A DNA stretch of 64,000 nt from a virus (IMGVR_UViG_2700988815_000001:1-64000); one strand, 5' to 3'. Shown: positions 1-9,120, counted from the stretch's first letter. Notes: a model not told the origin generated them from the letters alone. Made by a program: numbers and translations.

Positions 1-185
1 AGCGAAGCGATCTCACTTTCAATAAATTGTCAAGCATTTTCTTAGAATGATTAGCTATGTCCTACGGACAAAAGAATATAACACCATACGGGCGAATCCC
101 TCAAGGTTGGCACGCACCATGCAAGGCAAACAGCATGCCAGATAATCCCCTTGACAATGGCCCTCCCCTTGTGGTGTGTCCTCTC

Positions 186-377
186 TATATAGTGCAACGG
201 TAATTCAAATGAGAGTAATTCGCATTCAGGGTAGCACACCCTGTGAGGGTAATCCTCCTGTATATAGTGCAACGGTAATTAATGCACACCGAAATGAAAT
301 GAGCACCCCTAAGAATGTATATCCTAACGTGCGTGCCATCCCTTGTGTGATGCTCTTCTATATAGTGCAACGGTAAT
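186..377. repeat. Three identical 19-bp direct repeats TATATAGTGCAACGGTAAT
   Basis: Exact copies at 186-204, 261-279 and 359-377 in a gene-free region. Confidence 0.95.
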
Positions 378-621
378 GCCAAAGGGTATGTTTCACGTGG
401 AACATTAACCCCCAAAGGGTACAACCAAAGGGCGAGCCATCCCTAATGAGAACAACTATTGAGTGAGAATGCCTCTCATTATTTTCATTTTACGGGCGGC
501 CAACCATCGGGCTGTTGTCATTGGTTAAACACCTCTCGCTCAAATCTGGGTTCTGGAAAAGGGGTAGGAACACCCTATAAGACACCCTATAAGTCAAGCA
601 TTATATTTTCCTACGGAAACA

Positions 622-650
622 AGAAAGCCCTCACAAGGAGGGCTCTTTCT
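622..650 (-). terminator. Intrinsic terminator ending the left arm (possibly bidirectional)
   Basis: AGAAAGCCCTC-acaag-GAGGGCTCTTTCT hairpin at the 3' end of the minus-strand gene array. Confidence 0.7.
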
Positions 651-1092
651 ACGGGGCGGCGGGGGAGGGAATGAGCTTGAAAAGGGATGTATCAAAATAG
701 GCCATTTGCTCTATGTCAAAGGCATCACCCCTGTCGGTTCTTCCGCCCGTTCCACTCGTCATTGGTGTATCCTCGTTGATAACGAGAAAGTGAAGCCCAT
801 CTGTCCACTGGACAAAGAAGATGTAAGGAACGCCTTCGGCCTTAGCTAGTGCAATCCCTCTATCAATTTTCTTCTTAGCCACCATGTATGTTGGGTATTG
901 ACGGCGAGGATTGGAACGCTTCTTGAACTCTGCCAAGGCAACGAGGGTATTATCCCGAGTAATTTCAAAGTCAAGGTAGTGTTGTGCTGGTGTCTTCTTG
1001 AGTGTACACTTTGCCCAAGCTTCAATTTGCTTTTGCACTACAAGTTCGTTATCCCTGTCTGCTTGTGTTTCATAACGTGGTCGATAGCTCAA
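649..1092 (-). CDS. PD-(D/E)XK nuclease-like protein
   Basis: LDF...AEFKKR motif; TTG start overlaps the upstream stop. Confidence 0.55.
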   Translation of the reverse strand: MSYRPRYETQADRDNELVVQKQIEAWAKCTLKKTPAQHYLDFEITRDNTLVALAEFKKRSNPRRQYPTYMVAKKKIDRGIALAKAEGVPYIFFVQWTDGLHFLVINEDTPMTSGTGGRTDRGDAFDIEQMAYFDTSLFKLIPSPAAP

Positions 1093-1337
1093 TCTGGAAG
1101 CCTCAACACCGTGCGGAAACACATACGTCCTCTGTACTCTCGCACTCTCAGGATGAGGCCATCCTCAATGAGCTTTCGCAATATTGGTGTGCGAGGAAGA
1201 GAAGGCATATGCCTACAGTTGACAGCCATACCGTGAGGCTGACGCCTCTTGAGTTCAGCCAGCCACCATTGTCTTTGCTCCTTTGGAGACAGCATCAAGA
1301 GTGAGCTATCCCATGTATCAGTCTTGGCTCTCATCAT
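1089..1337 (-). CDS. Hypothetical protein
   Basis: ORF with AAGGAG RBS in a tightly packed array. Confidence 0.7.
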   Translation of the reverse strand: MMRAKTDTWDSSLLMLSPKEQRQWWLAELKRRQPHGMAVNCRHMPSLPRTPILRKLIEDGLILRVREYRGRMCFRTVLRLPD

Positions 1338-1458
1338 TATTCTCCTTCATTTCATCTTCCCAAGATGGGATGCCATACCCTCTCAGATTCTCTATGTAAC
1401 GTTGGTGCTCTAATTGCTGAGCACAACGTCCACACCATCCGCAATCGCACTCTTCCAT
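1318..1458 (-). CDS. Small Cys-rich hypothetical protein (46 aa)
   Basis: Hand translation MEECDCGWCGRC...; fills the gap with coupled start/stop. Confidence 0.55.
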   Translation of the reverse strand: MEECDCGWCGRCAQQLEHQRYIENLRGYGIPSWEDEMKENNDESQD

Positions 1459-1655
1459 CAGTGTTTAGTCAGGTCGATTTGCAGAGAGTCATTGATTTGA
1501 ATATTCATTCGATCAACAACCAGTGCGAGAGCTTCACGGATGGCGTTCTCTACGCACATCAGGTGGCTAGACCGTGATGTGGTATTCTTGATGGTTTCTT
1601 CCGCACGTGCAGCAATACGGTTGATTTCTTGTGCGTTAGGGATAGGCAGTTTCAT
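1458..1655 (-). CDS. Hypothetical protein
   Basis: TAATG coupling with the upstream gene. Confidence 0.7.
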   Translation of the reverse strand: MKLPIPNAQEINRIAARAEETIKNTTSRSSHLMCVENAIREALALVVDRMNIQINDSLQIDLTKH

Positions 1656-2026
1656 TAGTAGTCTTCTCCGTTCAGGAATGCTTCGCACTCTTCTTTGATT
1701 TCATCATCCGCCAAGATAAACTCTGCCCACAGGGCAACATCCTTACGGTATTCATCTTCGCTCCAAGTGCCGTTTGCTTCTTCCCAAGCACTGTTGTATG
1801 GTTCGAATTTGAGTTGTTGGTCAGTGCAAGACAATACATGACCAGTGGACAGAACATAGCGGTCAGCTTTGATTTCCTCTACAATTGCATGGAAACCTTT
1901 GCTGTCCAAGAAGTCGTTCCACTCAGTGCCGTAGGAATAACGGTCAAAGAAGTAGTCGGTGAAGGATTCACCAGCGTCCATTTCCCAATCACGGATACGT
2001 TCTACGAGGGTTTCTACTGGGGTCAT
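1655..2026 (-). CDS. Hypothetical acidic protein
   Basis: ORF with RBS, coupled to neighbours. Confidence 0.8.
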   Translation of the reverse strand: MTPVETLVERIRDWEMDAGESFTDYFFDRYSYGTEWNDFLDSKGFHAIVEEIKADRYVLSTGHVLSCTDQQLKFEPYNSAWEEANGTWSEDEYRKDVALWAEFILADDEIKEECEAFLNGEDY

Positions 2027-2145
2027 ACTGGTTCTCCTTTGATGTATTGTTGTAGTAGTGCTTTGTAGTTTGGTTCCTCAAGGGGGAATTTCTCTCTCCA
2101 CTTGCGAATGTAGGCCATCCAGCCTGTTGGACTTTCCCCCTTCAT
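2023..2145 (-). CDS. Small hypothetical protein (40 aa)
   Basis: MKGESPTGWMAYIRKW...; TAATG and ATGA overlaps at the two ends. Confidence 0.6.
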   Translation of the reverse strand: MKGESPTGWMAYIRKWREKFPLEEPNYKALLQQYIKGEPV

Positions 2146-2537
2146 TACGTTCTCCCTAAGAGATAGAACACAGCCAAGTCTTCATCACCGTAGAGGTCAA
2201 TAGCTTCCTTGGCTTCTTTTAAGCCACATCCCACCTTCTCTCGCACGTTCTTGATCATCATCACCTTGTTGGGAATACTTGCAACACGCTGAAACTCTTC
2301 TTGTTCAGTATTGTATTGCTTTTCCGATTCGATTGCAAGCACTAAAGAGGTGAGCATTTGAAGAGCTTTCTCTTTGTTGGCATGTTGTGACCGTTCAGAG
2401 TCACAGGAGACACCCAGCCCAGTTGGGATATGATGCACGATAATCCCGCTTGTGGTGAGTCCTACAGTCATCCCGCCAGCACCATAGCCACTCTGTGGCA
2501 GGTAGGACGTTACACGTATATCTTGTGGATCAAGCAT
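2145..2537 (-). CDS. Class I release factor (RF-1) domain protein with GGM motif, fused to an L7/L12-CTD- or EF-Ts-N-like helical domain
   Basis: DIRV..SGYGAGGMTV...IIVHHIPTGLGVSCDSERSQHANKEKALQML matches RF domain 3; C-terminal KVMMIKNVREKVGCGLKEAKEAID. Confidence 0.8.
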   Translation of the reverse strand: MLDPQDIRVTSYLPQSGYGAGGMTVGLTTSGIIVHHIPTGLGVSCDSERSQHANKEKALQMLTSLVLAIESEKQYNTEQEEFQRVASIPNKVMMIKNVREKVGCGLKEAKEAIDLYGDEDLAVFYLLGRT

Positions 2538-2985
2538 CTTCTTCTCCGTAGTAGAGGATTTCTTCAAAGGTGTGTTCGAAGTTTTCAAGTACAGCCTCGT
2601 TGAACCAACGAGAAGCACCAGTAGGGCAGAGCTTCCCGCACTCTGCTAGTGCAGCATAGAAGTTATTATACTTCACTTTCTCTCGCATTGCAAGGTCGTG
2701 TTCCGTAGGAACATTTCTCCATCCGAAGTAGCAGGTTTCGATCTGAACGCCTGTGTCGTTAACCAGAACGAGCACACGATCACTCCCATAACCACTCTTC
2801 CAGTAGTGCGTGTAGGCGTCTATCTGATACCACTTCTCGCGTCCAGCCGTGGATTGGAGTTGCATGCAGTATGCACGATCCACTACCTCACTGTCAGGAA
2901 ACTTGTTGTAGAACGAGAAGTCACTTGAGGTGTAGCCCGTTTCCATGACGTAACATGGACGTTTGTCAATCAGAGTATCCACCAT
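2530..2985 (-). CDS. Hypothetical protein
   Basis: 151-aa ORF in the array. Confidence 0.8.
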   Translation of the reverse strand: MVDTLIDKRPCYVMETGYTSSDFSFYNKFPDSEVVDRAYCMQLQSTAGREKWYQIDAYTHYWKSGYGSDRVLVLVNDTGVQIETCYFGWRNVPTEHDLAMREKVKYNNFYAALAECGKLCPTGASRWFNEAVLENFEHTFEEILYYGEEDA

Positions 2986-3149
2986 ATTCCACTCTCCCTT
3001 CTTAGTCGTTTGTATTCCAGCTCAGTGATCATAGAGCCGTCAGCCATTTTGTACATCCATCCTCGGACTGGACTCAGGAAGCGCGTGGCGCCCCTTAGAC
3101 GCTCACGCACTGCCCTTCGTTGTTCTTCTAGTTCACGATACCTGTCCAT
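2970..3149 (-). CDS. Small hypothetical protein (59 aa)
   Basis: Hand translation MDRYRELEEQRR...; fills the gap. Confidence 0.5.
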   Translation of the reverse strand: MDRYRELEEQRRAVRERLRGATRFLSPVRGWMYKMADGSMITELEYKRLRRESGIWWIL

Positions 3150-3227
3150 CAGTGGTCAGTGCTCATGACGAGGACGAGAATGCAAATCCAGACACAGAAC
3201 AGGGCAAGGTCTAGTTCGTTGTTCATG

Positions 3228-3470
3228 TTAGTCTCCCCAGTAAGTGAGTTCTTCGTCCACTGCTTCTTTCGCACTGTACATCATTTCTCCACCTTCGTCT
3301 TTCGAGTGGTAGTGCAGATTATCCGCAAGCTCATAAGCCTGATCAACTTCTTCCTGTGCGTAGAGGCCAATGCTAATCATGTAAGCCACTGCATCAGCGA
3401 TCCACTCTTTACGTTCTGCTGCTTGACGGTCAGAACGAGTTACAAATGTCACTGCTTTAACTGCTGTCAT
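3228..3470 (-). CDS. Hypothetical protein
   Basis: ORF with AAGGAGG RBS. Confidence 0.8.
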   Translation of the reverse strand: MTAVKAVTFVTRSDRQAAERKEWIADAVAYMISIGLYAQEEVDQAYELADNLHYHSKDEGGEMMYSAKEAVDEELTYWGD

Positions 3471-3673
3471 TCTGGATAATCCTCCTTGTTAAAGTTTTGA
3501 CCCCAGTGGATGAGTGCATCTTCCAGTGTGAAGAAATACTCTACTGGAGGGAGGACATACGATCTTGCGTATGCCCTGATTTCCTCGTTCATGGGTTGTT
3601 CGCACCACGGTAGTGGCTCGACGTTCCCACAAATGTTACAGACTTTCGGAGTGTGTAACGGTTCCATTTTCAA
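3467..3673 (-). CDS. Hypothetical protein
   Basis: ORF with ATGA overlap; CxxC. Confidence 0.6.
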   Translation of the reverse strand: MKMEPLHTPKVCNICGNVEPLPWCEQPMNEEIRAYARSYVLPPVEYFFTLEDALIHWGQNFNKEDYPE

Positions 3674-4046
3674 TTACCACCGCTTGGTGAGAGTAGTAGC
3701 CATTGTGCTCGTTGTAAGCCACGAATTGCAGAACACCCTCAGATGTGTTGATGTTGATGAACATGATCCCGCCCTCGTACACGTCTTTGATTTCTACGTG
3801 CTCCAGAGCTTGCCCAACTGCCTCGATACCGTAGTATTCAGCACCGACATACTGTGCGAGGTTGTCTTCGGAGATAATGTAGCCCCAATTCTCGCAGCAG
3901 GACTGGCCGTTGTCAATACCCATTTTGATCTTTTGACCATTGTCGAGAGTGATTTCATAACCCTCATAGGAATACCAAGTGGAGTGTTCTTTGCCGAAGG
4001 TGACTTCTTCGATAGATGCGATTTTCATTTGTCTCTCCTTTTTCAA
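3636..4046 (-). CDS. Conserved phage hypothetical protein
   Basis: QSCCE and YNEHNGYY motifs typical of a common phage family. Confidence 0.8.
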   Translation of the reverse strand: MKKERQMKIASIEEVTFGKEHSTWYSYEGYEITLDNGQKIKMGIDNGQSCCENWGYIISEDNLAQYVGAEYYGIEAVGQALEHVEIKDVYEGGIMFININTSEGVLQFVAYNEHNGYYSHQAVVIENGTVTHSESL

Positions 4047-4088
4047 ATTTAGAAAGGGGCTACTGCCCCAATTTTTACACGCGGTCGC

Positions 4089-4433
4089 TTAGGCGATGAT
4101 ATCGTCCCATGGAACACTTGCCATTACGAAGTCTGCGTAAGGGATCATCACTTCTACAGCCCCGCCAGTCTCGTTGTAGATGGAGTAGCTTACCATTTCA
4201 CCCAAGAATGCAGTGTTAGGGAAGAAGTCGCTCCAAACGCGAGTGCGGACACCGTAGGGAAAACCCTTTGGCAGTGCCATGACCAGTGCATTCTGTTTGA
4301 TAGCTTCATCAAGGATCAGAGGCACGTCAGGGACGTAGAAATTGATGCTTTTGGCTTTGATTACAGTGTCAAGACGGTAGTCGCTGATCTGTCCACCCGG
4401 ACGACACACGTCGCCATCATACCCGTAGAACAT
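4089..4433 (-). CDS. Hypothetical protein
   Basis: ORF with AGGAG RBS. Confidence 0.8.
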   Translation of the reverse strand: MFYGYDGDVCRPGGQISDYRLDTVIKAKSINFYVPDVPLILDEAIKQNALVMALPKGFPYGVRTRVWSDFFPNTAFLGEMVSYSIYNETGGAVEVMIPYADFVMASVPWDDIIA

Positions 4434-4464
4434 TTTGTATCTCCTATGTTGAGTTCTAGTACCG

Positions 4465-4487
4465 AAAAACCCCGCCGAAGCGGGGTT
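4465..4487 (-). terminator. Intrinsic terminator after terD
   Basis: AACCCCGC-ttcg-GCGGGGTTTTT on the minus strand. Confidence 0.85.
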
Positions 4488-4492
4488 AGGTA

Positions 4493-5068
4493 TTACGCGA
4501 AAGCTTGCAGCACTTGGTTAGGGTTAGCTGCCGCCGATTCGCCCATTGGTTGGAAGCCCCAACCGTCTGCTGTACGTTGCAGAGTACCAACATGCAGAGC
4601 AGTATGGTTGACAAACTGTTGCAACTTGTATTCAGCCAGCAGTTTGTTGTCCTGATCGTACAGTTTGAAGCTACCACCGCTGATCATGCTCAGGTCTTGC
4701 TGGCGAGTTACCGCGTCGTGCAAGAAGACAAAGTGTTCAACCTTGTCGATGTGAGCAGGAATCTTGCCGATTTCAACGAAGATTTCTTCGTCATCTTGAC
4801 CAGCAGTATCAGCACCGTTACGGTTGTCACGTGGCAGAACAACAGCACCATTGTAGCAGTCTTTGTTGTTGAAGAAGCAGACGTTCTTCATATCGCCTTG
4901 GATGCTACCGTTGCTGGTCAGGAACATGAAAATGTCTAGGTCAAATTCATGGCCTTTCGAAGCCATCGGGTGCAGTTCCCAGTTCAGAGCGCCACGCAGG
5001 CGGGTCAGCGAAGGGGAAACTTTGGTCAGGTCCAACATCAGGGTATCTTTGCTCAAGTTAAGCTCCAT
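4493..5068 (-). CDS. terD: TerD-family stress/tellurite protein
   Basis: FDLDIF, FFNN, DNRNG..DDEEI and WGFQPMG motifs. Confidence 0.9.
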   Translation of the reverse strand: MELNLSKDTLMLDLTKVSPSLTRLRGALNWELHPMASKGHEFDLDIFMFLTSNGSIQGDMKNVCFFNNKDCYNGAVVLPRDNRNGADTAGQDDEEIFVEIGKIPAHIDKVEHFVFLHDAVTRQQDLSMISGGSFKLYDQDNKLLAEYKLQQFVNHTALHVGTLQRTADGWGFQPMGESAAANPNQVLQAFA

Positions 5069-5133
5069 TATCAAGTCCTCTTTAGTAGTTTGGTTGAGGG
5101 GCCATTGTGCCCCTCTTTCAGTTTGGTGTCAAG

Positions 5134-5805
5134 TTATTTGACGAAGTATTTGTGTGCAGCAGCTACAGCAACAACAGTCAGGCCACCTACAGCTTTAGCG
5201 ATCAAGTGGTTCACTTCGCCAACGTAGCTGATGAAGTGTGCGTCAGAGACGATCATTTCAGCACCCACCACACCCAGCATTGCAGCACCGATCCAAATAA
5301 TCACTTTGAAACGATCCATCAGGCCACTCAGGTACTTCGCACCGTAGATGATGATTGGAATGCTGATCACGATACCTGCAACAGCGTAGATAGTCGAGTG
5401 TTCACCAGCGGCAGAAGCAGCACCAGCTACAGCCATTACGTTGTCCAGCGAGAGCATGAAGTCAGCTACGATGATAGTCCAAACAGCGCCCCAGATCGTA
5501 GATTTCTGTGCAACCTCTGGGTCATCTTCGTGTCCAGTCAACAGCTTGTAGCCGATGAAGACAAGGTACAGACCAGCGATCAGCTTCAAGTACGGCACGC
5601 CCAGAAGGAACGTTGCAAACACCAGAAGGACAGCTCGCAGTGCAATCGCACCAGCAGTACCCAGAAGAATCGCCTTACCACGTACACTTACCGCCAACGA
5701 AGCACATGCCAGAGCAATTACGATTGCGTTGTCAAGCCCGAGAAGCAAGTCGATCATTACAATCTTGAAGACCGCTGCCCACTCGATGGTTGCCAAGAAT
5801 TCCAT
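5134..5805 (-). CDS. terC: TerC-family integral membrane protein
   Basis: IDLLLGLDNAIVIALA and ADFMLSLDNVMAVAGAA signatures; multiple TM segments. Confidence 0.92.
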   Translation of the reverse strand: MEFLATIEWAAVFKIVMIDLLLGLDNAIVIALACASLAVSVRGKAILLGTAGAIALRAVLLVFATFLLGVPYLKLIAGLYLVFIGYKLLTGHEDDPEVAQKSTIWGAVWTIIVADFMLSLDNVMAVAGAASAAGEHSTIYAVAGIVISIPIIIYGAKYLSGLMDRFKVIIWIGAAMLGVVGAEMIVSDAHFISYVGEVNHLIAKAVGGLTVVAVAAAHKYFVK

Positions 5806-5836
5806 TATTTTGTTCCCCTTTCAGTTTGTTTGTGTG

Positions 5837-5870
5837 GGGCCATCTTATAGTGGATGGCCCTTGGTGTCAA
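5837..5870 (-). promoter_or_regulatory. Sigma70-like promoter with an 8-bp inverted repeat over the -10 box
   Basis: TTGACA-17-TAAGAT; GGGCCATC/GATGGCCC arms. Confidence 0.75.
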
Positions 5871-6512
5871 TCACTTTGTTGCGAAAGCTTTGAATTCTTC
5901 GTTCAGCAACAGCTCATAGAACTTGTTCTGATCGACAGCCTTCGGATTCGGGATGTACAGCACTTCAACAGTGTCGTACTGGGCCGCAACGCGATCCAGA
6001 TAACGCTTGTCAACGCCGTTACCGATTGCAACGATTTGCACGAAGGTGTTTTCCAGCGAATCCAGTTGAGCTTCGAACTCGTACTGGTCGTTGTTCGCAC
6101 CGTCAGTGATCAGAGCCAGATACGTCGGGGTTTGCTTCTTGCCGAACGAGAAGAACCCACCTTTGTTGCTGCCTTTCAGCGACTTGATCGCATCTGCGAA
6201 GTTGGTGCCGCCACCAGCCGAGATACCGTGCTTACGGATGTAAGTGTGAGCATCTGCAACAGTCATGTCTGGAGTGCGTTTGAAGCTGGTGTTGAAGAAA
6301 CCAATCTCCATCTTACCGTCGTCATCGAACTTCATGGCAGCAGCCAAGAACAGGTCGAGAGTGTCTTGTACCCAACCGCAACGGAATTCATCGTCCATCG
6401 AGCCAGATTTATCAACCGCCAGCTTTACAGCCATAGTGATTGGTGTGAAAATCTGAGCCTTTTCAAGATTCAGTTCCAGTGCTTTGGTCAAGTCTAACAT
6501 TGGCATACCCAT
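5871..6512 (-). CDS. vWA-domain protein (Ter-associated type)
   Basis: MIDAS DKSGSM, GGTNF and ITDG motifs. Confidence 0.88.
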   Translation of the reverse strand: MGMPMLDLTKALELNLEKAQIFTPITMAVKLAVDKSGSMDDEFRCGWVQDTLDLFLAAAMKFDDDGKMEIGFFNTSFKRTPDMTVADAHTYIRKHGISAGGGTNFADAIKSLKGSNKGGFFSFGKKQTPTYLALITDGANNDQYEFEAQLDSLENTFVQIVAIGNGVDKRYLDRVAAQYDTVEVLYIPNPKAVDQNKFYELLLNEEFKAFATK

Positions 6513-6527
6513 ATATCCTCCTTTGGA

Positions 6528-6782
6528 TTAAATTTTGTTGGCCCAGTCTTTGTAGACTGCCAGCCGAGTGGTGAAATCGAAAGGCTGGGCCTTGTAGTCA
6601 AGGTAGCCCCCGAGCGAACCAAACCCTTTCAGGTAAGTGGTGATTTCGCCTTTTGCAGCAACAAACTCTTCTGCGGTGATGATGCCCTGTCGAGCAGCGG
6701 CTTTGAGAGAATGGCACATAAGGCCATCCTTCTCGTTGTACAAACCTGCTTCGATCACCTTGTTGAATGTCTCTTGTACCAT
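6528..6782 (-). CDS. Hypothetical protein
   Basis: ORF with AGGAGG RBS. Confidence 0.8.
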   Translation of the reverse strand: MVQETFNKVIEAGLYNEKDGLMCHSLKAAARQGIITAEEFVAAKGEITTYLKGFGSLGGYLDYKAQPFDFTTRLAVYKDWANKI

Positions 6783-6806
6783 TGTAGCCTCCTTTGTTTC
6801 GATGAG

Positions 6807-7955
6807 TTAGATTGTACCGGCTGCCTTCAACGCTGTCAACAACGATTTTTGCCCTTCTACAATCTGTACTGCTTCTTGCTCACGTTTCGCTTGGGCGTCT
6901 GTTTCCACACGCTTAACTTCGATCACGGTTTCCATGACACGATTACGCAAGATTTGCAGAGTGTCGCTAGTGATCACTGGAGTGTTCAAAGCTTTAGCAC
7001 TTGCAATGGCAGCCATCTTAGCGGAGTCCGCACCCTGAGTCAAGGTTTTAGTTGCCAATGTACGCACCTCGTTGGTCAGTTTAATGCTCTTCTGCGAGTC
7101 AACAGTCTGGATGTACAGTGCAAACTCCATCTTAACGATAGGAATAGTCTGACTGATGATATCCTTCAACGTGCTGATAGTCACGCGGGAAGTGTCCTGC
7201 TGTTGACGAATCTTCGGGCTGTTCAGCTCGGTCATCGCTTTCAAGCGTACAAGGTTGTCCAGCTTCATACGGAGACGGTTCAGCTTCGTTTCAGCGTCAC
7301 GGGTCTGTTGGATAGCCATAGCAGCGGTTGGGCTGTTCATGTCAATCTCAGGCCAGCTCTTGATCTGGTTGTCCACATAAGCGATCAGACGCTCAGTCTC
7401 GCCCATTTCAGCAACGATCTTCTGGTAGTGCTGGAAGTTCTCCATGTACAGAGACTCCAAGTCCTTCACCCACTCCTGTTGAGTGGTGATGTGCGTACCG
7501 ATCTTACCTTCAAGGTTGTCGAACACACCCTGAGCACTTTTCAGTCGCATGGTGAGGGTTGCCTTTACGTCAGTAAACTTGTTCTGCAACCAGCCGACTA
7601 CGCCACCCTTCTGCAAGGAGGCAGGGTCGAGCTTGTCCACTTCGCCAGTGATCTGAGTCAGGATTGCACCCAAATCGTCAAACTTACCCACAACCATCTT
7701 GTCAATGATCTTCTGAGTGGTTTGACCAATCTCGCGGGAAACATCCTCACCGATCTTGTCAATGTCCGAATCAGTTACGATCAGGTTTTGCATTGGCAAA
7801 GCCGCTGGTGTCTGTTGCATGGCCGCAGGGAACACATTACGTGCAGGCTCTGCGTAAGCTGTTGGGGCAACAGTGGTGTTGCCCATCTTTTGGAATACGT
7901 GGCTCATGTATTTATTCTCCTGCCTCAATTCGGCCAATTTCTGTAGGGGACTCAT
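6807..7955 (-). CDS. telA: TelA-like toxic anion resistance protein
   Basis: Long coiled coil with an IISQTIPIVK-type motif; Ter context; start may be 7907. Confidence 0.75.
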   Translation of the reverse strand: MSPLQKLAELRQENKYMSHVFQKMGNTTVAPTAYAEPARNVFPAAMQQTPAALPMQNLIVTDSDIDKIGEDVSREIGQTTQKIIDKMVVGKFDDLGAILTQITGEVDKLDPASLQKGGVVGWLQNKFTDVKATLTMRLKSAQGVFDNLEGKIGTHITTQQEWVKDLESLYMENFQHYQKIVAEMGETERLIAYVDNQIKSWPEIDMNSPTAAMAIQQTRDAETKLNRLRMKLDNLVRLKAMTELNSPKIRQQQDTSRVTISTLKDIISQTIPIVKMEFALYIQTVDSQKSIKLTNEVRTLATKTLTQGADSAKMAAIASAKALNTPVITSDTLQILRNRVMETVIEVKRVETDAQAKREQEAVQIVEGQKSLLTALKAAGTI

Positions 7956-8298
7956 CTAACTTACCGCTCCATTTCAGTGTTCTGCCGTTCAGGCCGTGGA
8001 AGAGAATATACCCGTCTTTGGAGTACAAGTCAACACCGTCTGTAACAGGCTCACTGTAGCGGGTTGGAACTTCATAGCCACGAACGTTGTAGAAGTACCA
8101 ACGCTCGCCGCAGCATTCACAGTAATTCCAAGCGTCAGCTTTGTCAATAAGCTCGTTCATGATTTCTTCCGCTTGCTCAGAGTTGAAAGCTTGAACAAAC
8201 ACTACGTCAGAAACGAAGTCGTCACGTTCAAAGTAACCACCAGAGTTGTTCTGGTCAAACTCATACCACAATGCACCTTCGATTTTAACTGGTAGCAT
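7912..8298 (-). CDS. Conserved phage hypothetical protein
   Basis: FDQNNSGG...CECCGERW motif. Confidence 0.8.
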   Translation of the reverse strand: MLPVKIEGALWYEFDQNNSGGYFERDDFVSDVVFVQAFNSEQAEEIMNELIDKADAWNYCECCGERWYFYNVRGYEVPTRYSEPVTDGVDLYSKDGYILFHGLNGRTLKWSGKLDESPTEIGRIEAGE

Positions 8299-8299
8299 G

Positions 8300-8803
8300 T
8301 CAATCCTCCTTTAAGTCTGTTTGTGGCACATGCTCTCTTGGGTAGATGAACACTGCCGGATATTTCATCAATCTTACGTTGTCATCACAGTAGTTGTCAA
8401 CCAATCTATCGTGTAAAATCACACACGCTTTCATGTAAACCTGAGCTTGACGTTCTCCAATGTTTAACAGGTGAGAGATTGTACTAGCATTTATCTCTTC
8501 AAGGCAAGCGAAACATTGCATAATATTCTTAGTGCTGAGAGGTCTTTGGTTTTCCCTGTTGCTATACCAATCTAATCGTGACACACCAGCAACCACGTCG
8601 TCAACCCACAAAGGCCAACTTTCTTCGTCCATATAGCGGATTTGCTGAATCTCTGGCTGAATTAAGTTACAAAAAGAGGCGGGCTTGCGGCCCGCCTTCG
8701 ATGGTGAGAAATTGAAGAGAGACTTCTCCCTCTTCGCAATCAACTTATCAGCATTGGCAGAGAGACGTGCGTCAAGAGCCGCAAGTTCCTCCACTGTCAT
8801 CAT
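8300..8803 (-). CDS. Hypothetical protein (possible HTH)
   Basis: INASTISHLLNIGERQAQVY resembles an HTH. Confidence 0.7.
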   Translation of the reverse strand: MMTVEELAALDARLSANADKLIAKREKSLFNFSPSKAGRKPASFCNLIQPEIQQIRYMDEESWPLWVDDVVAGVSRLDWYSNRENQRPLSTKNIMQCFACLEEINASTISHLLNIGERQAQVYMKACVILHDRLVDNYCDDNVRLMKYPAVFIYPREHVPQTDLKED

Positions 8804-9120
8804 GCAGGCATCAACTCTGGAGTTGGCACCAGTGGGTCAGGACGCAAGGATGGATTAGAAGGCCACAGAGCTTTCTCTTCCGCAAGGTAGTAGGACTCCT
8901 TGAACTTTGCATGCCCGCCGTCTGCGTAGTACACGTGGTACTGGACAACAGACGTTTTGGTGCCGTTGCCAGCTCCGTTACGAGCCGCTTTGATGGCTGC
9001 AATGTCAGCACTACCATTGACCGTGCAGTCAACCCACCAGTCATCAACGATAACTCCAGTGCCCTGCCCTGCCACCTCTACCAAACGGCAGATGATGTAT
9101 ACCATTACTCTTTGTGTCAT
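8800..9120 (-). CDS. Hypothetical protein
   Basis: Coupled ORF. Confidence 0.75.
   Translation of the reverse strand: MTQRVMVYIICRLVEVAGQGTGVIVDDWWVDCTVNGSADIAAIKAARNGAGNGTKTSVVQYHVYYADGGHAKFKESYYLAEEKALWPSNPSLRPDPLVPTPELMPA

Noticed and set aside
186-377. Mini CRISPR array
   Set aside because: Repeats are only 19 bp, spacers are 56 and 79 bp and unequal, and no cas genes are present
51-674. Short ORFs in the end region
   Set aside because: No RBS; they arise from the repeats and overlap on both strands
6711-7946. 411-aa plus-strand ORF
   Set aside because: Antisense shadow of the TelA-like gene caused by codon bias
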